Origin: an uncultured Verrucomicrobiae bacterium
GTDB taxonomy: Bacteria; Verrucomicrobiota; Verrucomicrobiia; Chthoniobacterales; Chthoniobacteraceae
Length of the DNA: 64,000 nucleotides
NCBI GenBank assembly: GCA_963769025.1
Contig: CAVYKI010000003.1
Coordinates: forward strand, 864,001-928,000
Direction: 5' to 3'
Translations under genes and position numbers: made by a program
Notes under the pieces: model-generated
What the model saw: the letters and a program-made list of their open reading frames with translations, nothing else
Told to the model about the DNA's origin: nothing
The model's database searches: none
Shown: one piece after another, positions 39,833 to 49,914 of the stretch
Layout: every line of letters begins with the position of its first letter
Numbering within the stretch: the stretch's first letter is position 1

Positions 39833-40912
39833 ATGAAAAGAACCATCCACGCGCTCGCCGCACTGCTATTCCTCCCGCTCGCCGCGCTCCGTGCCGCGGA
39901 CGCGCCGCTCACTTTCAACGACCCGAAACCGCAGCGCTACGAACTCACCGCGCGCGCCAGCGCGATCGATCCGCGCACGAATCCGCACCCGGCGATCGAC
40001 TTTGTCTTCGAGAAAGGCGGCAAGCCCGCGGACACTGAGAACGCCTCGGTGGACACCCGCGTGAAGCCCCAGGGCAAGCTCGTCATCTGGCTCATGGGCC
40101 ACAGCGCGCCGCTTTTCGAGCGCGTGAACAGCTACGGGCTGCACGCCATCCGCGTGCACTACGCGAACGGCTGGTTCGGGAAATTCGGCAACATGTCGCC
40201 GGGCGACGACGGCCAGCTCCTCGGGAAAATCCGCCTCGAAGCCGCCACTGGCGAGGACTTCAGCCCGCTCGTGGAAATCCCGAAACCCGACAGCATGATG
40301 GAACGCTCGCTGCAATTTGTGAAATGGCTCGCGAAGGAAAACCCGCAAGGCCGCTGGGATTGGTTTCTCACGCCGGACGGAAAGTCGCTGCGATGGGATC
40401 GCGTGATCCTCTCCGGCAGCTCGCACGGTTCCACGACGGCGGCGCGCTTTGCGAAGCACACAAAAGTGGATCGCGTGGTGATGTTCTGCGGCCCGCGCGA
40501 TCAGCTCGAAACATGGCAGGGCCTGCCCTCGGCGACGCCGGCGAACCGCTACTTCGCATTCAGCCACGTGCTCGATGGCGGCTGGTCCGGCGGGCACTAC
40601 TGCCGATCGTGGGAATTGCTCGGGCTGCATGAGTTCGGCCCGATCGTGAGCGTGGACAAGACCGCCGCGCCGTATGGGAACACGCGCAGGCTGACCACCG
40701 CCGCCGACGTAAAAGGCGACGACAAACGCGCGCACAGCTCCGTTACACCCGGCGGGGCAGCAGTGAAGGATGAATCCGGAAAATTCAACCACGAGGGCGT
40801 CTGGCGCTACCTGTTCAATCAGCCCGTCGAGAACACGGGTCAGCCCGTGCCCGCGGATCCGGATTGCCTGAAGGATCTTCGCAATGCCGCGAAGCCTCAG
40901 AAAAAAAAGTAG
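39833..40912 (+). CDS. Secreted protein, probable alpha/beta-hydrolase fold
   Basis: Signal peptide, G-S-S-H-G elbow, late His (RAHSSV). Confidence 0.7.
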   Translation: MKRTIHALAALLFLPLAALRAADAPLTFNDPKPQRYELTARASAIDPRTNPHPAIDFVFEKGGKPADTENASVDTRVKPQGKLVIWLMGHSAPLFERVNSYGLHAIRVHYANGWFGKFGNMSPGDDGQLLGKIRLEAATGEDFSPLVEIPKPDSMMERSLQFVKWLAKENPQGRWDWFLTPDGKSLRWDRVILSGSSHGSTTAARFAKHTKVDRVVMFCGPRDQLETWQGLPSATPANRYFAFSHVLDGGWSGGHYCRSWELLGLHEFGPIVSVDKTAAPYGNTRRLTTAADVKGDDKRAHSSVTPGGAAVKDESGKFNHEGVWRYLFNQPVENTGQPVPADPDCLKDLRNAAKPQKKK

Positions 40913-41294
40913 CTCACTGAGAACACCGGCCGATCGTTCTCGCGATCGATCCGAACGCGCGCTGCACGTTCGCAGAAGGAAGGAATCTGCGGGACGAGCT
41001 CCGAGCCGATTTCCGCCCTGACAATGGCGCCGCCAATGCGCGACGCGTCAGCATGCAGCGATGCGCAGAAAAAATGTCGCGCTCATTTTCCGGGTAATGC
41101 GCGTTGATCAGTGGACGCCGCAAACTCGAACGAAGAACACACGAGCCGCATGTCGCGAATTTCGCGCAAACTTTCGGCGAGAAAAATGCGCGCATTGGCA
41201 CGGAATCGTACTCGTAAAAACGCGCGGTTTCACTCGTAGATTCTAAGATTTTCCTCTTGTCGCGATCCGACGCCGTGCCTATCAACGCCCTCGT

Positions 41295-41576
41295 ATGGCA
41301 ACCAAACCCAAAAAATCCACCCGTAAACCGAACGCCGCATTCATGAAGCCCGTCCAACCGGACGCGGTCCTCGCTGAAGTCGTCGGATCGAAACCCCTCC
41401 CGCGCACCGAACTCACCAAGAAGCTGTGGGTTTACATCAAAAAGAACGGCCTGCAGGACAAAAAAGTGAGGACCCAGATCAACGCCGATGACGCGCTGAA
41501 GGCAGTCTTCGGAGGCAAGGCGAAGGTCTCGATGTTCGAGATGACCAAGCTCGTCTCGAAGCACGTCAAGGCGTAA
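41295..41576 (+). CDS. Stand-alone SWIB/MDM2 domain protein
   Basis: AFMKPV, PRTELTKKLWVYIKKNGLQD, INAD, SMFEMTK. Confidence 0.95.
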   Translation: MATKPKKSTRKPNAAFMKPVQPDAVLAEVVGSKPLPRTELTKKLWVYIKKNGLQDKKVRTQINADDALKAVFGGKAKVSMFEMTKLVSKHVKA

Positions 41577-41699
41577 CGCAGGCGGCGCATTCGGCGGGCG
41601 CCAGTCCTCTGGCCCTTCCGCCGAAACGTTGCGCATGATGCCGCCGGCGTGCCGGGTCTTAGAGCGAAGCATGGAGCTTTGCACAAGCGGCCCGAATAA

Positions 41700-41892
41700 C
41701 GCACGCCGAGCGCCGGGACTCCCTCGTACCAAATATAGAGGCACTCTCACTGCCGTTCCCCCCTAGTGGTATTGACGCTGCCGGCAATTCCGGCGGAGCG
41801 TTGAATTCCCTCGGGGGCGGACCCCACTTGATGGCATCCTTCAGTGGAGGGTCGTGCGTGGGTGCTCCTCGCTGTCCGGCGGGCGCTTCGCA
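41700..41892. ncRNA. Candidate structured ncRNA (6S-like long irregular hairpin)
   Basis: Nested complementary segments in a ~370 bp gap between convergent genes; no convincing ORF. Confidence 0.4.
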
Positions 41893-41948
41893 GTAACGCG
41901 GTTTGCCGTTTACTGTTTGATCATTACCGCGCCACGGCAAAGCCGAGA

Positions 41949-44051
41949 TCAGTTCACAAGGCGCAGCACGTGACCCGGGGTTTCGCCAGGGACGAGCTGC
42001 ACAAAGTTGCTGCGGCCTTTCCACTGATAGCGCTTTCCGGTGAGGAGGTCCTCCACTTCATACGCCTGACCCTCCTGCAACCCGAACTCTTCGAGCGGGA
42101 CGAGGACAGTCGTCTCCTCCGTGTACCACGCGTTCAGGCTCGCTATGATCAGCAAGTGATTGCCACCGGTGCTCTTCGAATAAGCCAGGACGAGTTCGTT
42201 GCCGGTCTGTTGGAATTGGAGATTCCGCGCATCGTGAAGCGCAGGGTTCTCCCGGCGGATCCGATTCAGCACCGTGATGAGCGGCTTGATATTCCCCGGC
42301 GCATTCCAGTCGCGGCCTTTGAACTGGTATTTCTCGCTGTCTAGATACTCCTCACGCGCGAGCTGCTTGTAGTCGCCGTCGCATAGTTCGAGAAATTTCC
42401 GCACGTCCCCTGCCGCATCCCACGGATTCGGCGCCACGCCGGCGTTTTCGCAAAGCTCGAATCCGCTGTAGATGCCGTACACCGGTGAGAGTGTCGCGGC
42501 GAGGATCGCTCGCACCATGAACGCGGGACGCCCGCCGAATTGCAGATAGCTCGGCAGAATGTCCGGCGTATTCGGCCACAGGTTCGCGCGCATGTATTCG
42601 GCCGACGGGCTGTGCGCGAGCTCATCAAAATACTCGGTGATGCCCCTCTTCGTGTTGCGCCACGTGAAGTACGTGTAGCTGTGCGTGAAGCCGACCTTCG
42701 CCAGCGCGCGCATCATCTTCGGCCGCGTGAAGGCCTCGCTCAGGAAAATCGCATCGGGGAATTTCCGCTGCACGCGGCCGATGAGATACTCCCAGAAGTG
42801 CACCGGCTTTGTGTGCGGATTATCCACGCGGAAGATGCGGACGCGGTGCTCGCACCAGAACTCGATGACGCCGGCGAGTTCCGACCACAGCTCCCGCCAG
42901 CCCGGGTTGTGGTAGTTCATCGGATAGACGTCCTGGTATTTCTTCGGCGGATTCTCGGCGTATTTGATCGTGCCGTCCGGGCGTTTGAAAAACCACTCGG
43001 GGTGCTCATGCACATACGGGTGATCCGGCGAGCAGTTGATGGCAAAATCGAGCGCGACTTCCATGCCCCGCGCGTGAATCTCGGCCACCAGCCAGTCGAA
43101 ATCATCGAGCGTGCCGAGTTCCGGCGCGACGTCCCTGTGCCCGCCGCCGTTCGGACAATCCTGATGGCGGTTCCCGATCGCATAGGGCACTCCGGGCTCA
43201 CCCGGTTGGCACGTCACCGAATTGTTCCGCCCCTTCCGCGCCGTGACTCCGACCGGATGGATCGGCGGGAAATAGATCACGTCGAATCCCATCGCGCGCG
43301 CGTCATCCACCCGGCCCAGACACTCGCGGAACGTCGAGCCCCGATCCGCATGCCCTTCGGCGCTACGCGGGAAAAATTCGTACCACGCGGAAAATCCGCC
43401 GCGCTCGCGGTCCACCCACACCCGGGGATGACGCAGATCGGGCTTCGCCGTTTCCGGGACGAGCTCCTGCGTCTCGGCGAAGGCCAGCACGAACTCCGTG
43501 CTCACCGACCGATCGCCGTACAGCCACATCAGCGTGTCGAGTTCGGAATCATGGACAAGGTCGTTCACGTGTTCCGACCCGGACTTTTTCATCTCCGTCG
43601 CGACACGGCGCAGCCAGTCGGCGTCCGCCTTGTTCTTCCGGAGATTCGCGAGCCGCGCCGCTTTCTCGATGATGCCGGCACCCTCGAGTGTCTCGCTCTG
43701 AAGGTCCGGCTGCCGCGCCTCGAGCTTCATGTGCCACTCGTGCTGCCAGGATTTCCAAGTGTCGCCCCACGCCTCGATGGTGAATTCGTGCGGTCCCATC
43801 TCCAGCACGGTGAAACTGCCTCCCCATTCATCCCGGTTAAAAGGATCCGTGCATTCCAACACGGCCTCGTGCCAGCGCTTCACGCCGACCTTCCGCCACT
43901 TCAGCACCGCGCTCATCACGTCGTGCCCGTCCTTGAAGACGTCCGCGGTTACCTCGACCGACTCACCCACCACCCGTTTGATCGGGTAGCGTCCGCCATC
44001 CACGAGGGGACTGACATTCTCGATCACAACGGTGCATGGCCTCGGTTTCAT
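41949..44051 (-). CDS. glgE: Alpha-1,4-glucan:maltose-1-phosphate maltosyltransferase
   Basis: DGHD, WYEFFPRS, CSPDHP, YAENPPKKYQD, FRVDNPHTKP, NTPDIL. Confidence 0.96.
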   Translation of the reverse strand: MKPRPCTVVIENVSPLVDGGRYPIKRVVGESVEVTADVFKDGHDVMSAVLKWRKVGVKRWHEAVLECTDPFNRDEWGGSFTVLEMGPHEFTIEAWGDTWKSWQHEWHMKLEARQPDLQSETLEGAGIIEKAARLANLRKNKADADWLRRVATEMKKSGSEHVNDLVHDSELDTLMWLYGDRSVSTEFVLAFAETQELVPETAKPDLRHPRVWVDRERGGFSAWYEFFPRSAEGHADRGSTFRECLGRVDDARAMGFDVIYFPPIHPVGVTARKGRNNSVTCQPGEPGVPYAIGNRHQDCPNGGGHRDVAPELGTLDDFDWLVAEIHARGMEVALDFAINCSPDHPYVHEHPEWFFKRPDGTIKYAENPPKKYQDVYPMNYHNPGWRELWSELAGVIEFWCEHRVRIFRVDNPHTKPVHFWEYLIGRVQRKFPDAIFLSEAFTRPKMMRALAKVGFTHSYTYFTWRNTKRGITEYFDELAHSPSAEYMRANLWPNTPDILPSYLQFGGRPAFMVRAILAATLSPVYGIYSGFELCENAGVAPNPWDAAGDVRKFLELCDGDYKQLAREEYLDSEKYQFKGRDWNAPGNIKPLITVLNRIRRENPALHDARNLQFQQTGNELVLAYSKSTGGNHLLIIASLNAWYTEETTVLVPLEEFGLQEGQAYEVEDLLTGKRYQWKGRSNFVQLVPGETPGHVLRLVN

Positions 44052-44121
44052 CGGCGGAGGTTCCCAAAGCCGAGCCTCGCTGCTCAAGGGTAATCCGCGA
44101 CCGCATGCGCGCCCGAAAGCG

Positions 44122-45153
44122 TCACTCGACGATCACACCCGGCGGCGAATAGCCGATGCGCCGGCCCTTGCTCGTAATCTCGACCGCGTCGGCGTCCTTG
44201 AGCTCGATGAAGTAGCGCCCGGCGGGAAGCCGCAGCGGCTTCGCGGTCGGGTAAAGGTAGTCTTCGAACAGCGCCTGACCGCCTGGACCCGTGCGGATGA
44301 TCACCCACGTTTTGCGCTTCGACTCGAGAACGGTCGTGTTTGCATTTGCAGCGAGCGCGATCTCGTCCTCGTCGGTCGGAGGATTTGCAGCAGGAAGTGC
44401 GGCCCCAGGCGTGGCTCTCGACACGATGCGGGGCTTCGGAGGACTGAGGTCCGCCAGAATGTCGGAATCGTTCGCTGAGAGTTTCGCGACGGGGGAAATC
44501 GGCCGCGCGCGCGGAATCTCCGGCTCCACGGGAGCAACGGCTGCACCGTCATTTTCCGGCGTCGAGATGACACGCGGACGCGGAGGAGTCTCCTCGGGAG
44601 GCAGAACCGGTGCAGCGGGAGCCGGGGCCGGGGTCGCGGCGGGAATATTTGCGAGGGGTTCAACGGATGTCCCGGCCACGGCGCGATCCGCAGCCTTCGG
44701 CGGAGTCGGAGAGGGCCCTTCGCTGAGCCGGTTCACGTTGTTCCAGACGATGAAGGCGACCACGACAAAGACAACGATGCCTCCGAGGACGAGGAGAGGC
44801 AGCCAGGAACCCGACGATTTCGGCGGCGGCGCCGCGCTGAAAGTCAGCTCCGGTTCAGCCTTCGTCTTCGGCTGCTCGGCCGCCCGGTTTGTCAGGTACT
44901 GGTAGCCCTCGACTTTCATCTGCGTCGTCGTGTCGATCATCGCTGCGATGGATTTCAAATCCACGCCCAGAAATTTCCCGTACATGAGCAGGAAGCTTTT
45001 CGCGTAGGCCGCGTTCGGAAATTTCGTGAGATCGCTGCTCTCGAGCGCGCGGAGAAATGTCGAACGGATGCGGACTGCGGCCGCCGCCTGCTCGATGCTC
45101 AGGCCGCGGTCAGTGCGCGCCTTTTGCAGATGCTTTCCAAAATCGTGATCCAT
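44122..45153 (-). CDS. RodZ-like HTH membrane protein
   Basis: HTH_25-like N-terminus, single TM, Pro-rich linker, beta C-domain; downstream of ftsK. Confidence 0.85.
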   Translation of the reverse strand: MDHDFGKHLQKARTDRGLSIEQAAAAVRIRSTFLRALESSDLTKFPNAAYAKSFLLMYGKFLGVDLKSIAAMIDTTTQMKVEGYQYLTNRAAEQPKTKAEPELTFSAAPPPKSSGSWLPLLVLGGIVVFVVVAFIVWNNVNRLSEGPSPTPPKAADRAVAGTSVEPLANIPAATPAPAPAAPVLPPEETPPRPRVISTPENDGAAVAPVEPEIPRARPISPVAKLSANDSDILADLSPPKPRIVSRATPGAALPAANPPTDEDEIALAANANTTVLESKRKTWVIIRTGPGGQALFEDYLYPTAKPLRLPAGRYFIELKDADAVEITSKGRRIGYSPPGVIVE

Positions 45154-45155
45154 TT

Positions 45156-47741
45156 TCAGACGTCCGGCTGGCGGAGAATTTCACGCGGTTTCGCGCCATC
45201 GCCGGGACCGACATAGCCGCGGTCTTCGAGGATGTCGAGGATGCGCGCAGCGCGCGTATAGCCGAGTCGCAACCGGCGCTGGAAAAGCGACGTGCTCGCC
45301 TTTCCCTCCTGCTGCATCACTTCGAGGCATTTCTGGACGATCTCCTCGTCCTCGTCGCTGACATCGTCCTCCTCGTCAGTGTTGCCGATGGATTCGAGCT
45401 TTTGGTGAATCTCGGATTCAAAGCACTGCTCGCCCTGCTCGCTGACGAACTTGACGATGCGCTGGACCTCGTCGTCCGTGACGAGCACGCCCTGCGCGCG
45501 GACAAGTCGCGAGGTGCCCGGCGGGCGATACAGCAGATCGCCCATGCCGAGCAGCCGCTCCGCGCCGTTCTCATCCAGGATCACGCGCGAATCGAGCGGG
45601 CTTGCGACCTGGAATGCGATCCGGCATGGCACATTCGCCTTGATGACGCCGGTGATGACATCCGCGCGCGGGGTCTGCGTGGCGATGAGCATGTGGATGC
45701 CCGCGGCGCGCGCCTTCTGCGTGATGCGCGCGATGAGCAGCTCCACGTCCGCCGGCGCGGTCTGCATGAGGTCGGCCAGCTCGTCCACGATGATGACGAT
45801 GTAGGGCATCTTGTCCGGCACCACGATGCCGTCGTCGCGCGGGACGCTGATGCCGAGCTCGGCCTGCTCTGCGCGATTCAGCTCTTCGCCGACGGTTTCG
45901 CGGTCATTGTCCGGCGTGCCGTACTGCTCCGAATCGCCGTTCATCACCCGCTCCTCGCCGAATGCCTTTCCGAGGATGTCCGAGCTGCTGGCAGTGTCCG
46001 GCTCGATGTTCGGATCAATCAGCACAGGGGCCCTTTCCGGGGCCTCGGCGGCCTTTGCCTCCGCCTTGGCATCGGCGATCTCGTCGAGTTCCCGCTGCGA
46101 TTTCGGAATCGGGCGCGCGTTGAAGCTCGCCATGTTGCGCACCCCGCATTTGGCAAAAATCGCGTACCTCTTTTCCATTTCGTTCACCGCCCACTTCAGG
46201 GCGAGCAGCACCTTTTTCGGATCCGTGACGACGGGAACAACGAGATGCGGCAGCGTGTTGTACATCTGCATCTCGACGACCTTCGGGTCGATCATGATGA
46301 GCCGCAGATCCTCCGGCGAAAACCGGTAGAGGATGCTGGCGATGATCGAGTTGATGCACACGCTCTTGCCCGAGCCGGTGGTGCCGGCGACGAGCCCGTG
46401 CGGCATCGCGGCGAGGTCGGCGATGATCGGCTTGCCATACACGTCCTTGCCGAGCGCGAGCGGGATTTTTCCCTTCGAGTTATGAAAGTCGTCGCTCTCG
46501 AGCAGCTCGCGAAGCGTCACCATCTGCTTCCGGGAATTCGCAATCTCGATGCCGACGGTGTCCTTGCCGGGAATCGGCGCCAGGATGTTGATGCGTTCGG
46601 CCAGCGTCGCGCGCGCGATGTCGCGCTCGTAGGTGGCGATCTTGTCCACGCGGACGCCGCGCGCCGGATAGACTTCGTAGCGGGTGATCGTCGGCCCCTT
46701 CGTGATGTCGCCCGCAGTGACGACGATGCCGAATTCGCCGAGCGTCTCGATGATGCGGTTTTGCACCGAGAGCAGTTCCTCCGGGCTCGTCACCTGCCGC
46801 GTGGAGTGATCCACGGCGTCAAGCAGATCGAACTCCGGAAGCCGGTAATTCTCGCTGGAGATGGCCTGGAGAAGCTGGACCTTTTCCTTCTTCTTTTCCT
46901 TCTTCGCCGCAGCCGGCTGCGGTGCGCCTGCATCAAAAATCTTCGGTGCCGGCCGTTCGGGCTCCGGCTCCTGCGCGGCTTCCTTCTTCTCCTCAAGCGG
47001 AAGCAACTCCACCTGCTCCATCCTGGCCGGAGCGCCATCTTCGCCGGAGCGGCGACCGATGTCCCGCTCCATGCGCTTGCGCTCGCGGTCCAGCTTCCGC
47101 TGTTCGAGGGCAATGCGCTGTTCCTCGCCGGCCCGCTCGAGGTAACGCTTGCGCCGGGCGTCGAGCCACGTGCGGGGAAGGGCGACGAGATGGCGCGCGA
47201 CCGCGACCGGGCGCAGGCCGGTCATGAGGATGATGCAGACCACGTAAATCAGCAGCAGCACCAGGATCGCCGCAGGGCCGAAGATGGTCCCGAAGATTTT
47301 TCCGCCGATGAAATCGCCGATGAAGCCGCCTTCGCTGCCGATGTTCAGCTTCGCGCGATCGATGATCGACCAGCCGAGCACGTGCATCAGACTCGCTCCG
47401 CTGACGACAAAGCCTGCCGTCCACAGCGGCCGCAAGGCGATGCCCATCTGCCGGCCGATGGAGGTCACCACTCCGTATCCGATGAGCGACGCGGCGAGGA
47501 GATAGCTCGCCGCACCGAGCATGGTGTAGCTGAGGAAGGCCATGATGGCACCGAGCGAGCCCACGTAGTTTTGGGTCGCGTAGGCCGATTTTTCAACGCG
47601 TGCACTGCGCAGCCACGCCGGCACATCACCCGGCAAGTAGGAGATGAGGGCAAGCAGGAGGAGCACTCCGAGGACGAGGAGTGTCAGACCGATGATTTCT
47701 TGCAGCGTGCTGCTGAGTGGTTCGCGGCGGGTTTGCGCCAT
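45156..47741 (-). CDS. ftsK: DNA translocase FtsK
   Basis: TM N-domain, AGTTGSGKS, DPK, IVDELADLM, gamma domain (QRRLRLGYTRA). Confidence 0.97.
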   Translation of the reverse strand: MAQTRREPLSSTLQEIIGLTLLVLGVLLLLALISYLPGDVPAWLRSARVEKSAYATQNYVGSLGAIMAFLSYTMLGAASYLLAASLIGYGVVTSIGRQMGIALRPLWTAGFVVSGASLMHVLGWSIIDRAKLNIGSEGGFIGDFIGGKIFGTIFGPAAILVLLLIYVVCIILMTGLRPVAVARHLVALPRTWLDARRKRYLERAGEEQRIALEQRKLDRERKRMERDIGRRSGEDGAPARMEQVELLPLEEKKEAAQEPEPERPAPKIFDAGAPQPAAAKKEKKKEKVQLLQAISSENYRLPEFDLLDAVDHSTRQVTSPEELLSVQNRIIETLGEFGIVVTAGDITKGPTITRYEVYPARGVRVDKIATYERDIARATLAERINILAPIPGKDTVGIEIANSRKQMVTLRELLESDDFHNSKGKIPLALGKDVYGKPIIADLAAMPHGLVAGTTGSGKSVCINSIIASILYRFSPEDLRLIMIDPKVVEMQMYNTLPHLVVPVVTDPKKVLLALKWAVNEMEKRYAIFAKCGVRNMASFNARPIPKSQRELDEIADAKAEAKAAEAPERAPVLIDPNIEPDTASSSDILGKAFGEERVMNGDSEQYGTPDNDRETVGEELNRAEQAELGISVPRDDGIVVPDKMPYIVIIVDELADLMQTAPADVELLIARITQKARAAGIHMLIATQTPRADVITGVIKANVPCRIAFQVASPLDSRVILDENGAERLLGMGDLLYRPPGTSRLVRAQGVLVTDDEVQRIVKFVSEQGEQCFESEIHQKLESIGNTDEEDDVSDEDEEIVQKCLEVMQQEGKASTSLFQRRLRLGYTRAARILDILEDRGYVGPGDGAKPREILRQPDV

Positions 47742-47858
47742 TTTCAGTTCGCAACCTTAACGGCTCCACGCCGCGTTTCAATGCGCGACATTCGCCACAG
47801 CATCCGGCCTTCGGACCGGAAAACCGGAGCCACAGCGGGGGCAGCGACCCGCGCAGCG

Positions 47859-48122
47859 TTACGAGCGCTTGCCAAGAATCTTCAGCGTCTCAGAGGTTTT
47901 CTCCATTTCCTCCAGCTTCAGAAGCGTGGCAGCCTGCTGCTCGATCAGCCTGGCGTTCGCGGCCTTGATGGCCTTCAGCATGTCGAGCGGCGGACCGTTC
48001 GGGATGGGCGCGATCGGGACGATTACCGGTGCCGGAGCGGGGGTCTCGTCCTGCGAATGAAGCCCGGTGCGGAACCCGATGAGCGCGGCGGCGATGAAGA
48101 GGAAAGCGGGGACGCGTTTCAT
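47859..48122 (-). CDS. Small secreted coiled-coil protein
   Basis: 87 aa; signal peptide plus heptad helix; coupled to the upstream gene. Confidence 0.7.
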   Translation of the reverse strand: MKRVPAFLFIAAALIGFRTGLHSQDETPAPAPVIVPIAPIPNGPPLDMLKAIKAANARLIEQQAATLLKLEEMEKTSETLKILGKRS

Positions 48123-48373
48123 TTCTTGCCACCTCCCCGTGACACGTAAATGCGGGCGATGCGCAGATTTTCGGCGATGACGGCGACCTTCTGGTCAATC
48201 GCCTGCTGGTTTGCGGCGATTTTGGCATGCTGGCCGGCGATCTCCGTGACGAGCTGGACGAGGGCCTGTTCATCCCCGGCGGCCTGGCCCGAGGACGGGG
48301 AGGGAAAGGACAGCGCGCCGAGCACGACTGCCGCGAGGCCCCCGAGTAAAATGATGGGTTTGGGCTTTTTCAT
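48119..48373 (-). CDS. Small secreted coiled-coil protein
   Basis: 84 aa; signal peptide plus heptad helix. Confidence 0.7.
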   Translation of the reverse strand: MKKPKPIILLGGLAAVVLGALSFPSPSSGQAAGDEQALVQLVTEIAGQHAKIAANQQAIDQKVAVIAENLRIARIYVSRGGGKK

Positions 48374-48432
48374 TACCTCTGACCCTAGCGGGAACGGTGC
48401 CGGGATCCTCTATAATTAAAAAAAGTAGCGCC

Positions 48433-48449
48433 TTGGCATCCGCCTTGCT
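48433..48449 (+). promoter_or_regulatory. Sigma54 -24/-12 element upstream of rpoN
   Basis: TTGGCATCCGCCTTGCT fits TGGCAY-N5-TTGCW. Confidence 0.8.
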
Positions 48450-48492
48450 AAACTCTATTTTGAGAAACTTAGGAACCCCAACTCCAACCAAC

Positions 48493-49893
48493 ATGGCCGG
48501 CCTCTCCCAACACCAATCGCTCAGTCAGTCCCAAGTCCTCGCACCGCAGCTCCAACAGAGCCTGCAAATCCTCCAGGTGCCGATGCTTGAGCTGCGCACC
48601 CTCATCCAGCAGGAACTCGACGGCAACCCGACGCTCGAAATGGAGGACCACGAGCCGAAGACAGACGAGAAAGTGCGCGAGGCGGAGGAGTTTGACGTGG
48701 AATTCGACCGGTTGTCGAAACTCGACGACGAGTGGCGCGACTACATGGCGCAGAGCACGAACTACGTCCGCCGCTCCACCGAGGACGACGAGCGCCGGCA
48801 GTTCTTCTTCGATTCGCTCACCAAGAACGAAACCCTTCAGGAGCATCTGCTCGATCAATTGCGCGGTTCCGATCTCTCCAAGGAGGATGTGCAGCTCGGC
48901 GAATTGCTCATCGGCAACACGAATGACACCGGTTTCCTCACCGTCGCGCCAGAGGAAATCGCGGCCAACACCGGCCTCGAAATCGCGGACCTCCAGCGGG
49001 TCCTCGAAACCATCCAGACATTTCACCCTGTCGGCGTCTGTGCGCGCGACCTCCGCGAATGCCTGCTCATCCAGCTCAAGCGCATCGGCAAGGAGGGCAG
49101 CCTCGAATGGCGCATCGTCTCGAATTACATCGAGGACCTCGGAAAAAAGCGGTTCCCTGAGATCGCCCGCCGCTGTGGCACGACCGTGGACTGCATCCAG
49201 CGCGCCGCGAGCTTCATCGCCACGCTCGACCCGAAGCCGGGCCAGATTTTTTCCGCGGACCCGAACAACTACGTGCTGCCCGATGTCACCGTGGAAAAGG
49301 TCAGCGGGGTCTGGCAGGTCCTGCTCAACGGCGACCAGATCCCGCACCTGCGCATCAGCAACACTTACAAGGACCTCATGGCGCAGACGGCGAACAAGGA
49401 GGACGTGCGCGACTACATCCGCGACAAGATCCGCAACGGCAAATTCCTCATCAAGAGCATCCATCAGCGCCAGCAGACGATTTCCAACATCGCGCACGAA
49501 ATCGTGAAGCGGCAGACGGAATTCCTCGAGCGCGGCCCGAGCGGGCTGAAGCCGATGACGATGGTGCAAATCGCGGACATCGTCGGCGTCCACGAGACCA
49601 CCGTGAGCCGCGCCATCTCCGGCAAATACATGTCCACGCCGCACGGCGTCTTCGAGATGAAGTATTTCTTCACCCCCGGCTACCAGACCGCCGGCGGCGA
49701 ATCCATGAGCAACACGAGCGTGAAGGGCGTGATCAGCGACATGGTGAAAAATGAGGACGGAAAGAATCCGCTCAGCGACAAGGAAATCGTGGACCTGCTT
49801 GAGAAGAAGGGCATCCCGATCGCCCGCCGCACCGTCGCGAAATACCGCAACGAGCTGAACATCCTCCCGAGCAACATGCGGAAGCGCTACTAG
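48493..49893 (+). CDS. rpoN: RNA polymerase sigma-54 factor
   Basis: PQLQQSLQILQ, HETTVSRA, RpoN box ARRTVAKYR. Confidence 0.98.
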   Translation: MAGLSQHQSLSQSQVLAPQLQQSLQILQVPMLELRTLIQQELDGNPTLEMEDHEPKTDEKVREAEEFDVEFDRLSKLDDEWRDYMAQSTNYVRRSTEDDERRQFFFDSLTKNETLQEHLLDQLRGSDLSKEDVQLGELLIGNTNDTGFLTVAPEEIAANTGLEIADLQRVLETIQTFHPVGVCARDLRECLLIQLKRIGKEGSLEWRIVSNYIEDLGKKRFPEIARRCGTTVDCIQRAASFIATLDPKPGQIFSADPNNYVLPDVTVEKVSGVWQVLLNGDQIPHLRISNTYKDLMAQTANKEDVRDYIRDKIRNGKFLIKSIHQRQQTISNIAHEIVKRQTEFLERGPSGLKPMTMVQIADIVGVHETTVSRAISGKYMSTPHGVFEMKYFFTPGYQTAGGESMSNTSVKGVISDMVKNEDGKNPLSDKEIVDLLEKKGIPIARRTVAKYRNELNILPSNMRKRY

Positions 49894-49914
49894 CCGCGGG
49901 CGCCTTCCTGCGGG

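Noticed and set aside
41577..41948. tmRNA, RNase P, SRP RNA or a riboswitch
   Set aside because: No tRNA-like ends or tag peptide, no GAGGAAAGTCC, no SRP loop, and no complete aptamer consensus found
45057..48149. 1030-aa plus-strand ORF and many similar long ORFs
   Set aside because: Antisense shadows of real genes (ftsK etc.) caused by GC-rich codon bias; no motifs
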